This document shows positions 62,392 to 64,000 of a DNA stretch of 64,000 bases, in pieces (positions within the stretch are counted from its first letter, which is position 1; each line of letters starts with the position of its first letter). The notes beneath the pieces were generated by a model. That model saw nothing but the letters and a program-made list of their open reading frames with translations, made no database searches and had not been told where the DNA came from. The stretch lies in assembly GCA_965153285.1 (NCBI GenBank), contig OZ229112.1; one strand, 5' to 3'. Source of the DNA: Podarcis tiliguerta. Its lineage: Eukaryota. Made by a program: the position numbers and the translations under genes.

Positions 62392-64000
62392 TCCTAAAAT
62401 AAATTTATTTCATTGTGGTCGCTAGTCTGTAAAGGATATCTGCAATTTCTGAAGTTATCTTATTTCCTAGCAGAAAATTATACAAATAAATGGGATTGTG
62501 TTAATGAGCAGGCTGTGTAATAAGATGCATGATTAGAAGAGCTGATGAGAATTTAATGGGATGAGAAAGACGATAGATCAGCTGGTGTACAACCCTCTAC
62601 AATGGTGCTATCATGGCTCTATCTCTGATGTTTGCTCATGTCTTTTGGCTTCTTTTTCTAGTTTGTGTTCTGCCGTGAATGTAAGGAAGAATACCATGAA
62701 GGAGAATGCCACACACTCTTCGAAACTCAAGGAGCCACAGCCCAAGAGGTACATAGCACATTTCACAGAAAATTAGCTCCAGCCCAAGCAGGGACACCAG
62801 GTCATGAATTTCCAGAAAGGGGTCATGTCGTGGTGTAGACACAGCGAAACACGTTTTTTCAGTGGCCAAGAGTTGCAACCACCAAAATTGCTCTGCTTAT
62901 CATGAGAGACACAGAAATGCAGGGGATCATTATGGTAACTGCCCCTCTCTCCATGTGTTTCCTTCCCTGGCTGGGAAAGTCTGAGAAGCCCTGCTCTTCT
63001 CCACCTTTTATTGCCAGTGCTGAGTAAGTGCCCCATTCCACAGATGTCTGTATATAGAGGAATGAGCAGCGCAGATGAGATGATGTGCAAGGATTCTGTA
63101 CGTTCACTTGCCAAAGAGATGGCTGCCAATGACAGGCTCAGCATCATCATGCTGTATTCTTAGACAGGGTTGCAGCACCACAGCAGAGTTTACTACAGAC
63201 ACCTGTCCAACTCTCTGCCTTTTAAGACTGACTGGGCCTGGGAACCGCCATTTTAATTTCTGTTAATGCCCTTGCACTATGTCAAGGAAGTTAAAATGGC
63301 AGTCTCTAGACCCAGGTGCTTGTTGCCTACTGGAATGCTGTTGCTTCCTGCTGCCTGTTGTCATTACCACTGCCACCAGCGGGGCCAGAGGTGGTGGGGC
63401 ACAGGAGTCTTCCCACCAGAAAGTACAGTATGCCAAGGGCCTCTGCATACTTGGGGTGTGTGAGAGTCCAGCCCTGTCCAGACCTCAAACCTAAAATCTC
63501 CTCAGATGAGGATGTCATCTCCCCCAGAACCACATGAGCAGAGACTGATGGTCAACCAGGCAGGAACTTCAAAACTGTAATCGAAGTGCCTGGCTAGCTT
63601 CCTGAGAGAATAGTTGTGTGGGGGAACTTATAGAAGCACCTGCTTGGATCAGGGCCTGGCTGAGAGCTAGAAAGGAGTGAAGCCTCTGGTTCATCTATAA
63701 GCTCTCAGTCAGAGCTACTTCATTGCTGAAACAAACTTTTCTCTCAAGAATCATCCTTCCTGACCTGGGGATACAGACATGGAGCCAGCCCTGCCCAGTG
63801 GGGTTGAAGAGATAGTTTAGAAGGAGATCTGAGTTCTCGAAGTTTGGGAAATAACTTTTAGATTAGATGTCTTACCTGCCCTTCATCATGAGGTCCCGGG
63901 ACAGGTCTCAACAATTTAAAATTATGATACTAAAAACAATTAAAATATATTATCATCAAGAGAATGGGATGGGTCCTAAAATATGTATCTTGGGTGTAAA

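Noticed and set aside
1-64000. The 60-146 aa ORFs in the supplied track as host genes
   Set aside because: Apart from TE fossils they show no recognisable domains, have random-like composition and form no consistent exon chain. This is expected background in vertebrate non-coding DNA.

Overview
Vertebrate nuclear DNA from a squamate reptile, most likely a lacertid lizard, judged from Sauria SINEs, a BovB tail, a Squam3-type SINE and lizard-type Tigger/hAT MITEs. I found no credible host protein-coding exon. The window looks like a large intron or intergenic region: AT-rich unique sequence with several enhancer/CNE-like blocks, densely interspersed with transposable element (TE) remnants. These include 4 Sauria SINEs, several TA-flanked Tigger/pogo-like MITEs, several hAT MITEs with 8-bp target-site duplications (TSDs), L2/CR1/Rex1-Babar/BovB/Penelope/Vingi-like fragments and two LTR- or DIRS/Ngaro-like segments. 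The only ORF-track entries with recognisable protein motifs are TE fossils (L2 endonuclease and RT C-terminus, probable Vingi C-terminus, possible Tc1 N-terminus). The most notable structures are a three-level nest at 43.9-45.1 kb whose innermost ~606-bp LTR-like insert has no TSD, an inverted MITE pair carrying a Rex1/Babar insertion next to a convergent pair of CTCF-like motifs (54.3-55.8 kb), and several homeobox/TALE-rich unique blocks. I cannot support a new biological system from this sequence alone. Family names come from my recognition of consensus motifs, not from a database search.
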